This document shows, in pieces, positions 39,844 through 49,234 of a stretch of 64,000 nt of DNA (positions are counted from its first letter, which is position 1; every line of letters begins with the position of its first letter). The translations under genes were made by a program, and so were the position numbers. Source of the DNA: Patescibacteria group bacterium (GTDB lineage: Bacteria; Patescibacteriota; Minisyncoccia; Phycocordibacterales; SBAW01). The stretch covers positions 8,288 to 72,287 of the forward strand of contig JAGWLV010000001.1 of NCBI GenBank assembly GCA_028864875.1, given 5' to 3'. The notes beneath the pieces were generated by a model. The model saw nothing but the letters and a program-made list of their open reading frames with translations. It did not search any database and was not told the origin of the DNA.

Positions 39844-40791
39844 ATGAGACGCCGAGTGGCGCTGTGGTACTTTGCGATTCCTATCGTGTGCTTGCCGCTT
39901 TTTGCGACGGCGCAAGGGCTCGTGCCCTGTAGCGGGCTCAACTGCCGCCTGTGCGACCTGGCCGCGCTCGCTCAAAACATCATCAACTTCCTCATCGGGC
40001 TCTCGATCCCCATCGTGGCGTGCCTGTTTGCCTACGCGGGCTTTTTGTATGCGACCTCGGCCGCAAGCCCCGCCAATATCGACACCGCCAAAAACATCTT
40101 CAAGCAGGTGCTCTTCGGCTTTCTCTTTGTGCTGGGCTGCTGGCTCATCATCCAGACTGTTCTCAAAGTCGCGCTTAACTCAAGCTACAACAACTGGAAC
40201 ACCATTCAGTGCAACGACAACCGCCCGATGCAATCCCAACCGAGCGACCTCCTGTCGCAAGTGAGCCCGGTCCAGGCGCCGATTGAAGTGTCTCCCACGC
40301 CCGGATATCTAGCGCAACCGGGCGGACCCCAGCTAGTTGCGCCCGCCGGTGGCGGTTGCGATTCCTATCTTGGGGTGTGTTGGGACGCCAATAACAATGT
40401 AGTGGATGCAAAAAGCGGTTCAATCGCCAACGCCGCATCGCTCTACTATGGGACAAATACTTCTGCTGGTCCCGATAACGGAAATCTTGCCTGTGCTTGG
40501 GCGGTCAATAATGTGCTTCAGAGCGCGGGGGTAGCTCCCATAGACGGTGCAAGCGTCTCCGGTATGGAACAGGCACTTGAAAACGGTCGCGGCACACCCA
40601 TTGATACCACAAGCGCACAGCCCGGTGATATCATAGTGTGGAAAAGCGACACAGTGAGCCACGTAGGCATCTGTCAAAATGCCGGGTGCAGCAGCGCCAT
40701 TTCAAACTCTAGTGCAAATGCATCTTTTACTAACGTAAGTGGGTCGACTCTTATGGGAGTCCCCGGACGTGTGTATCACGTCAACAAATAA
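39844..40791 (+). CDS. Fusion protein: VirB2/TrbC-like pilin-type N-terminal module + C-terminal CHAP-domain peptidoglycan hydrolase
   Basis: N-terminal two-helix module with Cys motifs like the 29.5-31 kb paralogs; C-terminal CHAP Cys (LACAWAVNNVL) and His (VSHVGIC); GC falls from about 62% to about 50% near 40250. Confidence 0.65.
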   Translation: MRRRVALWYFAIPIVCLPLFATAQGLVPCSGLNCRLCDLAALAQNIINFLIGLSIPIVACLFAYAGFLYATSAASPANIDTAKNIFKQVLFGFLFVLGCWLIIQTVLKVALNSSYNNWNTIQCNDNRPMQSQPSDLLSQVSPVQAPIEVSPTPGYLAQPGGPQLVAPAGGGCDSYLGVCWDANNNVVDAKSGSIANAASLYYGTNTSAGPDNGNLACAWAVNNVLQSAGVAPIDGASVSGMEQALENGRGTPIDTTSAQPGDIIVWKSDTVSHVGICQNAGCSSAISNSSANASFTNVSGSTLMGVPGRVYHVNK

Positions 40792-40794
40792 TAT

Positions 40795-41247
40795 ATGAAC
40801 CGCAATCTGATTATCGGAATAGTTTTGGTCGTCGTATTGGCGCTCGTCGCAATATTTTTTGTCTTTTCCGGGTCATCCACTCCCGCACCACAGCCTTCCA
40901 ATGGGAATCCCACAGTGACCTATCCGAGTGACAACACGGGGCTCCCCAATACACAGAGCGGCACTACCGCACAACAACAAGCCGTACAGGCAGCATTTCA
41001 GAGTCGCCTTCCCGCTGATAACCCCAATCACACCAAGCTATATGCGACTGTCATAGTTGGCGACTATGCTCTGCAGGTATGGGCAGGAGACGTGATGGGG
41101 GGTGAGGCAGTGCTCAAGTACAACACAGGCACGAACAAATGGGAGCTTATTGATGCAGGGGGAGGGGCGTGGAGCGTTGATACTCTTGCGGGCATAGGTG
41201 TGCCCACCACCACAGCCCAATCTCTTTTAAACCAACTACCGCACTAA
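40795..41247 (+). CDS. Membrane-anchored hypothetical protein
   Basis: N-terminal TM, Thr/Gln-rich linker, C-terminal beta-rich region; lower GC. Confidence 0.45.
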   Translation: MNRNLIIGIVLVVVLALVAIFFVFSGSSTPAPQPSNGNPTVTYPSDNTGLPNTQSGTTAQQQAVQAAFQSRLPADNPNHTKLYATVIVGDYALQVWAGDVMGGEAVLKYNTGTNKWELIDAGGGAWSVDTLAGIGVPTTTAQSLLNQLPH

Positions 41248-41314
41248 CTTGCGCCTCTGGTGCCTATAAGGTATATTCCTTTTGTTGCCGGCTGCCTGCC
41301 GGCCTTTCAATACC

Positions 41315-41473
41315 ATGTCTCAAGAACGCCTCATAGGACTCAAATGCAGCAAATGTAAGCGCGTAAATTACATTACTGACAAAAATAAGAAGCTCGTTAC
41401 GCGCAAAATAGAGCTAAAAAAGTTTTGCAACTGGTGCAGGGCTTCTTTGGTGCACAAAGAGACGAAGATATAA
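41315..41473 (+). CDS. rpmG: 50S ribosomal protein L33 (zinc-ribbon form)
   Basis: CSKCKR...CNWC zinc ribbon, 52 aa, followed by tRNA-Trp as in many bacteria. Confidence 0.8.
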   Translation: MSQERLIGLKCSKCKRVNYITDKNKKLVTRKIELKKFCNWCRASLVHKETKI

Positions 41474-41483
41474 GACCTGCGCT

Positions 41484-41554
41484 ATACTCAGCGCAAGGGC
41501 GCTTGGTGAAATGGTATCACAACGGTCTCCAAAACCGTTAGTGGGGGTTCGATT
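41484..41554 (+). tRNA. tRNA-Trp (anticodon CCA)
   Basis: Acceptor GGGCGCT/AGCGCCC, anticodon loop CTCCAAA, T-loop TTCGATT. Confidence 0.85.
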
Positions 41555-41557
41555 CCC

Positions 41558-42400
41558 TCAGCGCCCGCTCAGGAATTGTTTTGAAAGTTCGAGAGCTTCG
41601 GCTTTGGTTTTGACCCAGAGGATGTCTTTATTGCGCTTAAACCAGCGCAGTTGGCGCTTGGCGTACTTGCGCTCACCGTTGGCGATTTTGCCGATGAGTT
41701 CTTTTTTTGATATTTTTTTGTCGATATAGTCGCCGAGTAAGTCAAACTCAAACCCCAGTTCCATGTACCGGCGGCGTGGAAGCGCCCCACGCAGTTTTTT
41801 AGCCTCGGCGAGTATGCCGCGCCGCAGCCGGGCTTCTACCCCCGCGCGGAGGTTTCTAGATTCGCGCAGGCCGAGCCACAGCACCTTGTAGCGGCCGTGC
41901 GGTTGCGGCGCGGGCACAGAGCCGAGGGCGCGCGCGACTTCTATAGCGCGGATAAGCCGCACTGTGTTGTGCGGGTCCACGCGCGCGGCGCTCTTCGGGT
42001 CGAGCTGGCGCAGGCGTGCGAGGAGCTGCACCGGCGTCTTTTTGTTCAAAGAAGCACGGAGTTTTTTGTTTGGCACTACCTCCGGCAATCCACCGCGCAG
42101 CAGCGCTTCCGCATAAAACCCCGTCCCGCCGACGACAATGGGGATTTTTTTACTATGATATATCATAGTGATTTTTTTGGCGGCCAACGCGGCGTACGCG
42201 CCCGCGCTCATGGCGCGGCGGGGGTCGGCGATGCCGACCATGTGGCCCGCTTCGGCACGCGAAATGACCTTCATACCTTTGTAAATTTGCCGACTGTCGG
42301 CGGAAATTACTTCGCCGCGCAATTTTTGTGCAAGAAAATCGCCGAGGGCGGACTTGCCCGAAGCGGTGGGGCCAACGACTGCTATTACCTTTGGGCGCAT
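41558..42400 (-). CDS. miaA: tRNA dimethylallyltransferase MiaA
   Basis: P-loop VVGPTASGKS, ADSRQIYKGMKV, IVVGGTGFY motifs of MiaA. Confidence 0.9.
   Translation of the reverse strand: MRPKVIAVVGPTASGKSALGDFLAQKLRGEVISADSRQIYKGMKVISRAEAGHMVGIADPRRAMSAGAYAALAAKKITMIYHSKKIPIVVGGTGFYAEALLRGGLPEVVPNKKLRASLNKKTPVQLLARLRQLDPKSAARVDPHNTVRLIRAIEVARALGSVPAPQPHGRYKVLWLGLRESRNLRAGVEARLRRGILAEAKKLRGALPRRRYMELGFEFDLLGDYIDKKISKKELIGKIANGERKYAKRQLRWFKRNKDILWVKTKAEALELSKQFLSGR
42148..42166. repeat. 19-bp copy of the CACTATGATATATCATAGT palindromic core, in frame inside miaA
   Basis: Matches the 26019-26048 palindrome core; encodes ...ITMIYHS... flanked by Lys-Lys (A-runs). Confidence 0.75.
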
Positions 42401-42453
42401 GGTGGGTAGCATAAACCCCGGCTCCCTGTTAGGGAAGCCGGGGTCAATTGTTG

Positions 42454-43179
42454 TCAGGCCGCTTTGCGTTGCAGAAACACGTTCATATCCTGCAGAAAGC
42501 GGCGCACGGCATCAAGTTCGTCGGCGGCGACGAAGCCCTTTTCCTTGGCTCGCACCACGACCTGGCGGACAAGGAATATATTGTGAGGCTCCACACCCAG
42601 GCTTTGCAAGCGGCTTGCACCGTCAAACCCGTAGGTGAGTACGGTGAGAAACTGCTTGACGATATAGCCAGCCTGCCGCACGCGATGGACCGCGCTCTGG
42701 CCGATGGTTGCGTGGGTGAGCACATCGTCGATGGGGAGCACGACACTCCCGCGGGGGCACTCTTTGAGCATCTCCTTGGTAGTCTCCACGCGGGCTATCT
42801 CGCTTGCCCCTCCGGCCGTTTCTACCTTTGTGAGGGGCAGGAGAGGGATGTGTTTGCCCATCTGGTGGCGCACCGAGCGCTGCATGCTCACGGCGATTTT
42901 GTGGCCGACGTTTGGAATGCCGGTCACGACGGAGTCGTCGAGCCCGTGGTGCAAGGCATAATCATCGAGGACCTCGCCCATGAGCGTGAGGTCCTCTTCG
43001 AACATGCGTCCATCCTTGCGGGTCTTGTTGTCCGCAAGGTTGAACTTGATGGGCGAGCGGGGCGCCTCAGGATAGACCTTGTGGAGGCGGAATTCGAAGC
43101 CTTTCTCGATGTCGATATCCATGCCGCGCGCGGCGATGGCATCCATCAAGTCGTTGAGTCTCTCGGCAGTGAATGCCAT
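42454..43179 (-). CDS. Phosphoribosyltransferase-family protein (type I PRTase fold; orotate PRTase-like)
   Basis: PRPP-binding motif VVLPIDDVLTHATIGQSA; 241 aa. Confidence 0.5.
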   Translation of the reverse strand: MAFTAERLNDLMDAIAARGMDIDIEKGFEFRLHKVYPEAPRSPIKFNLADNKTRKDGRMFEEDLTLMGEVLDDYALHHGLDDSVVTGIPNVGHKIAVSMQRSVRHQMGKHIPLLPLTKVETAGGASEIARVETTKEMLKECPRGSVVLPIDDVLTHATIGQSAVHRVRQAGYIVKQFLTVLTYGFDGASRLQSLGVEPHNIFLVRQVVVRAKEKGFVAADELDAVRRFLQDMNVFLQRKAA

Positions 43180-43243
43180 TGTGTACCCCTATACCTATTT
43201 CAGCCACATCGAACGTAGCACAGTGGGGCTCAAAAACAAAATG

Positions 43244-43323
43244 TGCCGGGGGAGAGAATCGAACTCTCATGACCTTGCGATCGCGGGATTTTGAGTCCCG
43301 TGCGTCTACCAATTCCGCCACCC
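43244..43323 (-). tRNA. tRNA-Leu (anticodon CAA)
   Basis: Long variable arm, acceptor GCCGGGG/CCCCGGC, anticodon loop CTCAAAA. Confidence 0.85.
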
Positions 43324-43362
43324 CGGCAAATACCTTGAGACTGTCGTGTTAGAATATCGCCA

Positions 43363-44409
43363 ATGTCGCAGTTTTACAACAACGCGATTTTTTGGGTCGA
43401 GGTGGACAAAATCCGCCCCAACCCGTTCCAACCGCGCCGCGAGTTCGACGAGCACAAGCTTCAGGACCTTGCGCGCTCCATCCGCCAGTACGGCGTCATT
43501 CAGCCCCTGACCGTGACCCGCAAAGAGCTCGAGCGCGACGACGGCGGGCTCTCCACCGAGTATGAACTTATAGCAGGGGAGCGCCGGCTGCGCGCGGCGC
43601 GCCTGGTGGGCCTGCGCGAAGTGCCGGTCTTAATCCGCGGTGGGCACGACGACGACCAGACCAAGCTTGAGTTGGCAATAATCGAAAACCTCCAGCGTGA
43701 GGACCTCAACCCCATCGACCGCGCCAAAGCATTCGACAAGTTGGTCAAAGAGTTCGGCTTCAAACATGCCGAGGTCGCACAGAAGGTGGGCAAGAGCCGC
43801 GAGTACGTGAGCAACACACTGCGCCTCTTGGCGCTGCCCGAGGAGATGCAAAACGCACTCTCTGACGGCAAAATAAGCGAGGGTCACACGCGGCCACTCC
43901 TGATGCTCGCCGAGCGCCCCGACGAGCAGCAAACACTCTTCCACGAAATCATGCTCAAAAAGGTAACAGTGCGCGATGCCGAGGCCATTGCGCGGCGCAT
44001 CGCCTACGACCGCGTGCGCAAAAAAGAGTACCTGTATGCGCCGGAAATTTTGGACATGGAGCGGCAATTGAGCGACGCGCTCCACACACGCGTCATGATC
44101 GAGCCGAAGGAAAACGGCGGCAAGCTCTCAATCGACTTCGGCAACGAGGACGACCTCCGCACTATCTTTACACAACTTGCTTCGGGCTTTGCGGGCGCTC
44201 CGGAGCAGCACCCTGCACATGTGGAGCGGGAGATTCCTGGACAAAATGGTCTGGCCTCGCCGGCGCGCCCGCATGAGCGAGCAGCGCCGGACGAGGAGAA
44301 CCGAGGACCTTTTGGAAAGGAATCTCCCGTGGAACCAATCGATGACCGCACGAAAGAAGAAAAAGACCGCGACGAAAACACCTTCGACCCCTCCAACTTT
44401 TCTATCTAG
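43363..44409 (+). CDS. parB: ParB/Spo0J-family partition protein with long disordered C-terminal tail (no adjacent parA)
   Basis: ParB N-domain [14 protein letters not shown]...[14 protein letters not shown] region, 348 aa. Confidence 0.85.
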   Translation: MSQFYNNAIFWVEVDKIRPNPFQPRREFDEHKLQDLARSIRQYGVIQPLTVTRKELERDDGGLSTEYELIAGERRLRAARLVGLREVPVLIRGGHDDDQTKLELAIIENLQREDLNPIDRAKAFDKLVKEFGFKHAEVAQKVGKSREYVSNTLRLLALPEEMQNALSDGKISEGHTRPLLMLAERPDEQQTLFHEIMLKKVTVRDAEAIARRIAYDRVRKKEYLYAPEILDMERQLSDALHTRVMIEPKENGGKLSIDFGNEDDLRTIFTQLASGFAGAPEQHPAHVEREIPGQNGLASPARPHERAAPDEENRGPFGKESPVEPIDDRTKEEKDRDENTFDPSNFSI

Positions 44410-45939
44410 CTACTTTTTGTGCTTGTCGAGTGCGAGGCGGATGTGGCGGCGCGCGAGGGTCGTCTTGGCGAAGTCGAGCCATTTGTGGGTCGGCACGGCC
44501 GACTTTTTGGTCACAATTTCAACTATGTCGCCGTTTTTAAGCCGCGTGTCGAGCGGAACCATTTTGCCGTTGACTTTGACGCCCGCGATGTGGTCGCCGA
44601 TATCGGAGTGTATCGCGTAGGCAAAGTCGACGGGGGACGAGTCGACGGGGAGATCGACCACGTCGCCTGTCGGGGTAAAGACGAACACCCGATGGGTAAA
44701 GAGGTCCGTGCGCAGAGTCATCTCAAAGTCCGGATCCTCCGCCTCCTCGCCCAACTCCTCGAGCCACTCGGGGCCGCCCTGGGCCCCGTAGCGGGAGCGG
44801 TTGAGCTCAACCTTGCCACTCTTCTCCGCAGCGACCTGGCGCGCGGAGCCGAGGCCCGGAATGAGTGACTTGATCCAGTCGAAGCTCGAGCCCGCCCCTA
44901 GGCGCTTGTCGCCCTCTTTGTAGCTCACGTGTGCGGCGATACCATACTCGGCCTCGGTATGCATTTGCTGTGTGCGGATTTGTACCTCGACGATGCCGCC
45001 GTCGCCGGAGAATACGGTTGTGTGGAGCGATTGGTAGCCGTTCGGCTTCGGGAAGGCAATATAGTCTTTGATTTTGTTGGGGAGCGGCTGGTACTGCTGG
45101 TTGACGATACCCAATACGCGGTAGCAGGTGGCCACATCCGGCACAATGATGCGCAGCGCCGCGACGTCGTAAATTTTTTCTACGTCGCCCTCTTTGCGCT
45201 GGAGCTTGCGCCACAGCGAGTAGAGCCCTTTGATGCGGTAGTCCGTGTGGAAGTCCTTAATTCCTTCTTTGGCTAAGTCTTTTTGGAGCGCGCGCGACAT
45301 CTTTTTGAGCCGCTCGAGCGTCGTTTTGCTCGCCGAGGTCATTATTTTTTTAGTCTGCGCGTATTCTTCGGGGAAGGCGTACTCGAAGGCAAGGTCCTCG
45401 AGCTCGCGGCGCACCAATCCCATACCCAAGCGGTGGGCTATCGCGGCATAAATTTCGAGCGTCTCGAGCGCGATACGCTTGCGCTTGTGTTCGGGGACAA
45501 ACTTGAGCGTGCGCATATTGTGGAGCCGGTCCATCAGTTTGATTATGAGCACACGCGCATCCTGGCCCGTTGCGACGAGCAGCTTGCGGAGACTTTCGCG
45601 GTGCCTCTCCGCCCCACGGTATTTAAGCCGGCCGAGCTTGGTCACACCCTCGACCATAAAGCGCACTTCTTTGCCGAACTCTTTTTCAAGCACTTTTGGG
45701 TCGACACTAGCGTCTTCAATAGTGTCGTGCAGCAATCCTGCCACAACAACGCGCGCACTCATCCCCATGCCCGCCAAGCCGCGCGCGGTCTCCACAACAT
45801 GGGTGACGTACGGGTCGCCGGAGAAGCGCTTCTGCCCCTCGTGGGCGCGGGCGGCAAACTCGTACGCCTTTTCCACCAGCGCCAAGTCCTCCTTGCTCGG
45901 CACCCCCATCTTTTCAAGTACTTCCTTCACCCCCTCCAT
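44410..45939 (-). CDS. RelA/SpoT-homolog (p)ppGpp synthetase/hydrolase, short form
   Basis: HD hydrolase domain (HD motif), RelA_SpoT synthetase domain, TGS region; start set at MEGVKEVLEKM to avoid overlap with topA. Confidence 0.9.
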   Translation of the reverse strand: MEGVKEVLEKMGVPSKEDLALVEKAYEFAARAHEGQKRFSGDPYVTHVVETARGLAGMGMSARVVVAGLLHDTIEDASVDPKVLEKEFGKEVRFMVEGVTKLGRLKYRGAERHRESLRKLLVATGQDARVLIIKLMDRLHNMRTLKFVPEHKRKRIALETLEIYAAIAHRLGMGLVRRELEDLAFEYAFPEEYAQTKKIMTSASKTTLERLKKMSRALQKDLAKEGIKDFHTDYRIKGLYSLWRKLQRKEGDVEKIYDVAALRIIVPDVATCYRVLGIVNQQYQPLPNKIKDYIAFPKPNGYQSLHTTVFSGDGGIVEVQIRTQQMHTEAEYGIAAHVSYKEGDKRLGAGSSFDWIKSLIPGLGSARQVAAEKSGKVELNRSRYGAQGGPEWLEELGEEAEDPDFEMTLRTDLFTHRVFVFTPTGDVVDLPVDSSPVDFAYAIHSDIGDHIAGVKVNGKMVPLDTRLKNGDIVEIVTKKSAVPTHKWLDFAKTTLARRHIRLALDKHKK

Positions 45940-45964
45940 AGTGGGCTCAGTATAGCAAAATCCG

Positions 45965-48163
45965 CTACTCTTTTTTCTTGCGGGCGAAGCCGCGTTTCTT
46001 TTTGGGCTCCTTGAGGATTTCGAGCGCTCGCTCAAGAGTGATGTCGTACACCGAGTCGGTCTTCAGCGAGCGGAAGTCGGCATCGTGCACGATGTACGGG
46101 CCGAAACGCCCTACGCTCGCAGAAATCATTTTGCCCGACTCCGGGTGCACGCCGAGCTCGCGGGGGAGCGAAAGGTACTTCACCGCATCGGCCACCGTGA
46201 CTTCCTCCAGGTTTTTATCTTTGGGGATGCTCGCACGCTTGGGTTTGAGTTTACTGCCCTTCTTTTGCTCGCCCAATTGTACATATGGGCCGAAGCGTCC
46301 GCTCAAAACATAAATGTCCTCGCCCGACTCCGGATGTTTGCCGATGGGCTTAGAGGGTTCGTTGCTCAGCACCAGCCCTTCTGCAGTGCGCGCGCCGGTG
46401 CACTTCGGGAAGCGCGCGCAGGACATAAACTTGCCGCCGCGCGAGAGTTTGTACACCATCGTGCTCCCGCAGATAGGGCACATAAATTCCGCGGGTGCCG
46501 GACCCAAGTCGGTTATTTTGCCGGCCTCTTTGTCTTTTTTCTTAACTTCCTTTTGGAACGGGCCGTAAAAATCTTTGAGCGTTTTTTCATACTGCCGCTC
46601 GCCGCTCGCAATTTGGTCGAGCTCATCCTCCATCTCGGCGGTAAAGGTGTCTGAAATGTATGTGGGGAAGTAGGTCTCCAGGAACGTCGACACAACGTCG
46701 CCTGTGTCGGTCGGTTTGAGGCTCCGGCCCTCCTTTGTCACGTAGCCGCGTGCTTCGAGCGTGCGCATAATGCTCGCGTAGGTGGAGGGCCGGCCGATGC
46801 CGCGCTTCTCGAGCTCTTTGATGAGTCCCGCTTCGGTGTAGCGTGGCGGAGGTGTCGTCTGTTTTTCTTCCGAGGAGATGTCTTTGACCGCAAGCGTCTC
46901 GCCCCCGCTGACTTTGGGGAGCTCGACGTCCTCGCCGCGAGCGGCCACATCGGCCGCGAGCCACCCGTCGAAGATGACACGGCTGCCTGTCGCGGCAAAA
47001 GCCGGAATAGAAGTATCTTTCGTGTGCGCCTCGACTTTAGTGCGCATAATTTTGGCGTCGGCCATCTGGCTTGCCACGGTGCGGCGCCAAATCAATTCGT
47101 AAAGCTTTTTCTGCTCGGGGGTCGTGCCTGCGGCGAGCTTGTCGACGTGCGTGGGGCGGATGGCTTCGTGCGCTTCCTGTGCGTTTTTGCTCTTGGTGGC
47201 GAACACTCTAGGCTGCACGTACTCCTTGCCCCACTTCTTTTCTATGAGCCCGAGCATAGCTCCCCGCGCTCCCGCCGAAAGATTGAGCGAGTCCGTGCGC
47301 ATGTAGGTAATGTGCCCCGCTTCATAGAGCCGTTGGGCTATCTGCATCGTGCGGGAGGGCGAGAAGCCGAGCCGGCTCGAGGCCGACTGCTGGAGGGTCG
47401 AGGTGGTGAAGGGGGGGCGCGCGGCGCGCTTGGCCTCGGCCTCGGTCACGCTTGAAACGGTGAGCCCGTCTTGTTTAACCGCATCGAGTATCTTTTCGAC
47501 GAGTTTTTTGTCGCGCGGCTCCTCCGAACAGGTGAGCGTCAGGTCTGTTTTTGCTTTTGTCTTTGTTTGTGCGGTGATGACCCAAAAGGTCTCCGGCACG
47601 AAGGCGCGGATTTCGCGCTCGCGCTCCATCAAAATGCGCAGTGCGGGGCTTTGCACGCGCCCGGCGGAGAGGCCGTAGCGCACCTTCTTCCACACCAGGC
47701 CCGAGAGGTCGTAGCCCACCAAACGGTCGAGCACGCGGCGGGCTTCTTGCGCGTAGCGCAAGTTGTCGTCTATTTTGCGGGGAGACTTGAGCGCCTCGGC
47801 GATAGCCTCGGGCGTGATTTCATAAAACACGATGCGCTCCGGAGACTTCAACCCCAACTCCTGCGCAATGTGCCAGGCTATAGCCTCGCCCTCGCGGTCG
47901 GGGTCGGTTGCGAGGAGCACCCCGTCGGCTTTTGCGGCGAGCGAGGAGAGTTCGGAAATTACTTTCTGCTTGCCGGGCACGACCTCATAGTGGGGGACAA
48001 AACCGCCCTCGATGTCTATCGCTTTTTTATTGCTCTTGGGGAGGTCGCGCACGTGGCCCACCGACGCGCGTACGATAAAGTTACCCGAGGGGTCCACCTC
48101 GGACAGATACTTTTCAATAGTCTTCGCCTTTGCGGGCGACTCAACGATGACGAGTGTGGACAT
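45965..48163 (-). CDS. topA: DNA topoisomerase I
   Basis: TOPRIM N-terminus MSTLVIVESPAKAKTIEKYL, catalytic Tyr region, C-terminal Cys4 zinc ribbons. Confidence 0.9.
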   Translation of the reverse strand: MSTLVIVESPAKAKTIEKYLSEVDPSGNFIVRASVGHVRDLPKSNKKAIDIEGGFVPHYEVVPGKQKVISELSSLAAKADGVLLATDPDREGEAIAWHIAQELGLKSPERIVFYEITPEAIAEALKSPRKIDDNLRYAQEARRVLDRLVGYDLSGLVWKKVRYGLSAGRVQSPALRILMEREREIRAFVPETFWVITAQTKTKAKTDLTLTCSEEPRDKKLVEKILDAVKQDGLTVSSVTEAEAKRAARPPFTTSTLQQSASSRLGFSPSRTMQIAQRLYEAGHITYMRTDSLNLSAGARGAMLGLIEKKWGKEYVQPRVFATKSKNAQEAHEAIRPTHVDKLAAGTTPEQKKLYELIWRRTVASQMADAKIMRTKVEAHTKDTSIPAFAATGSRVIFDGWLAADVAARGEDVELPKVSGGETLAVKDISSEEKQTTPPPRYTEAGLIKELEKRGIGRPSTYASIMRTLEARGYVTKEGRSLKPTDTGDVVSTFLETYFPTYISDTFTAEMEDELDQIASGERQYEKTLKDFYGPFQKEVKKKDKEAGKITDLGPAPAEFMCPICGSTMVYKLSRGGKFMSCARFPKCTGARTAEGLVLSNEPSKPIGKHPESGEDIYVLSGRFGPYVQLGEQKKGSKLKPKRASIPKDKNLEEVTVADAVKYLSLPRELGVHPESGKMISASVGRFGPYIVHDADFRSLKTDSVYDITLERALEILKEPKKKRGFARKKKE

Positions 48164-48267
48164 ATATAGAGGCAGGTAATACCGTACTAGGGTAGCACAT
48201 GTCAAATCTGTGAACACGAAAAGGGCTCTGCAGAAGTGTGCAGAGCCCTGTGCCCGGTCCGCCGCAG

Positions 48268-48759
48268 TTATCCGCGGAAGGGGCGGTGTTCGCGACGATA
48301 GGCGGCAAGCGGTTGGAATGCCACACGGCTGTGATACGCGCAGTACGGCAGGCTCTTTGCAGCTTCGCCGCCGCAGAAAAAGAAGTCGCCCGAGCCTGGG
48401 TCGCCGACCGGCCAGCGGCACGTGTCTTCGGCCAGTTGCAGCAAAGTCTTGCGCTGCTCGACCGGAATCCCGAGCATTTCCGGTTCCGGCTCGTAGCCAT
48501 CGGGTTCGAGAGCGAGCGCGGTGTTGGCGCGCATCGACGGCCGCGAAACACGGAACATGCCCCCCGAACTGCGCGCTTTGCGCGGGCGCGGGGATGAACT
48601 CGACGGTGCCTTTGCCCGCCCGGAAAGCCCCATCCGGTGCACTTTGCCCATGACGCCATTGCGGGTTACGCCGCCTAGTTCGGCGGCGATTTGACTGGCG
48701 GAGAGCCCGTCAGCCCACAGCTTTGCACACAATGCGCTACGCTCTTCGGTCCATGACAT
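48268..48759 (-). CDS. gcrA: GcrA-family cell-cycle regulator homolog (164 aa)
   Basis: GGGAGG SD 5 nt upstream of ATG; N-terminal MSWTEERSALCAKLWADGLSASQIAAELGGVTRNGVMGKVHRMGL and C-terminal CRWPVGDP...DFFFCG...PYCAYHSRVAFQP match both conserved GcrA blocks. Confidence 0.8.
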   Translation of the reverse strand: MSWTEERSALCAKLWADGLSASQIAAELGGVTRNGVMGKVHRMGLSGRAKAPSSSSPRPRKARSSGGMFRVSRPSMRANTALALEPDGYEPEPEMLGIPVEQRKTLLQLAEDTCRWPVGDPGSGDFFFCGGEAAKSLPYCAYHSRVAFQPLAAYRREHRPFRG

Positions 48760-48819
48760 AGCGACCTCCCACTTGTGTTGCGTCAGCAATCAGCCGTTTT
48801 TAATATAGCCTTGATTTCC

Positions 48820-48839
48820 TGTGGATACCAAGTGGATAG
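48820..48839. promoter_or_regulatory. Two DnaA-box-like 9-mers (TGTGGATAC, AGTGGATAG) in the gcrA-like promoter region
   Basis: 8/9 and 7/9 matches to TGTGGATAA, 60-80 bp upstream of gcrA-like ATG; adjacent AACCTGTT direct repeat. Confidence 0.45.
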
Positions 48840-48899
48840 CCCAGTACAACCTGTTTGTAACCTGTTGGCAACAAACGCCCCACGGTGTGGGGCGTTTAT

Positions 48900-49181
48900 C
48901 TAGCGCACAGCACTCTTGAGACGCGCAAGCAGCGGGTCGTCCTTGGGTATGACGGGCATACGCTCCGAAGGAGCAGACACTATGCGGCGGGGGCGGAATT
49001 GATATGTCCCGTCAGGAGCTGCATCGGGACGGTACACGATACCTGCAACTTTGTTCCTATTAAGTCCTGCGCCCCGGATACGGCGGTTTACTTCTTCTGC
49101 GGTTTTGGAGTAGGACAACTCTTCAACCAATTGCAAAACAAGCCTTCGGACCTTCGGGGGATGGGCTTTTGGGATGGGCAT
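48900..49181 (-). CDS. Hypothetical protein (93 aa)
   Basis: AGGAGG SD 4 nt upstream of ATG (MPIPKAHPPK...); terminator downstream at 48873-48898. Confidence 0.5.
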   Translation of the reverse strand: MPIPKAHPPKVRRLVLQLVEELSYSKTAEEVNRRIRGAGLNRNKVAGIVYRPDAAPDGTYQFRPRRIVSAPSERMPVIPKDDPLLARLKSAVR

Positions 49182-49234
49182 GTAGCCTCCTGGGAGAGAA
49201 TGAGCGAGCCACTTTAGTCTACCACGCACAATCT

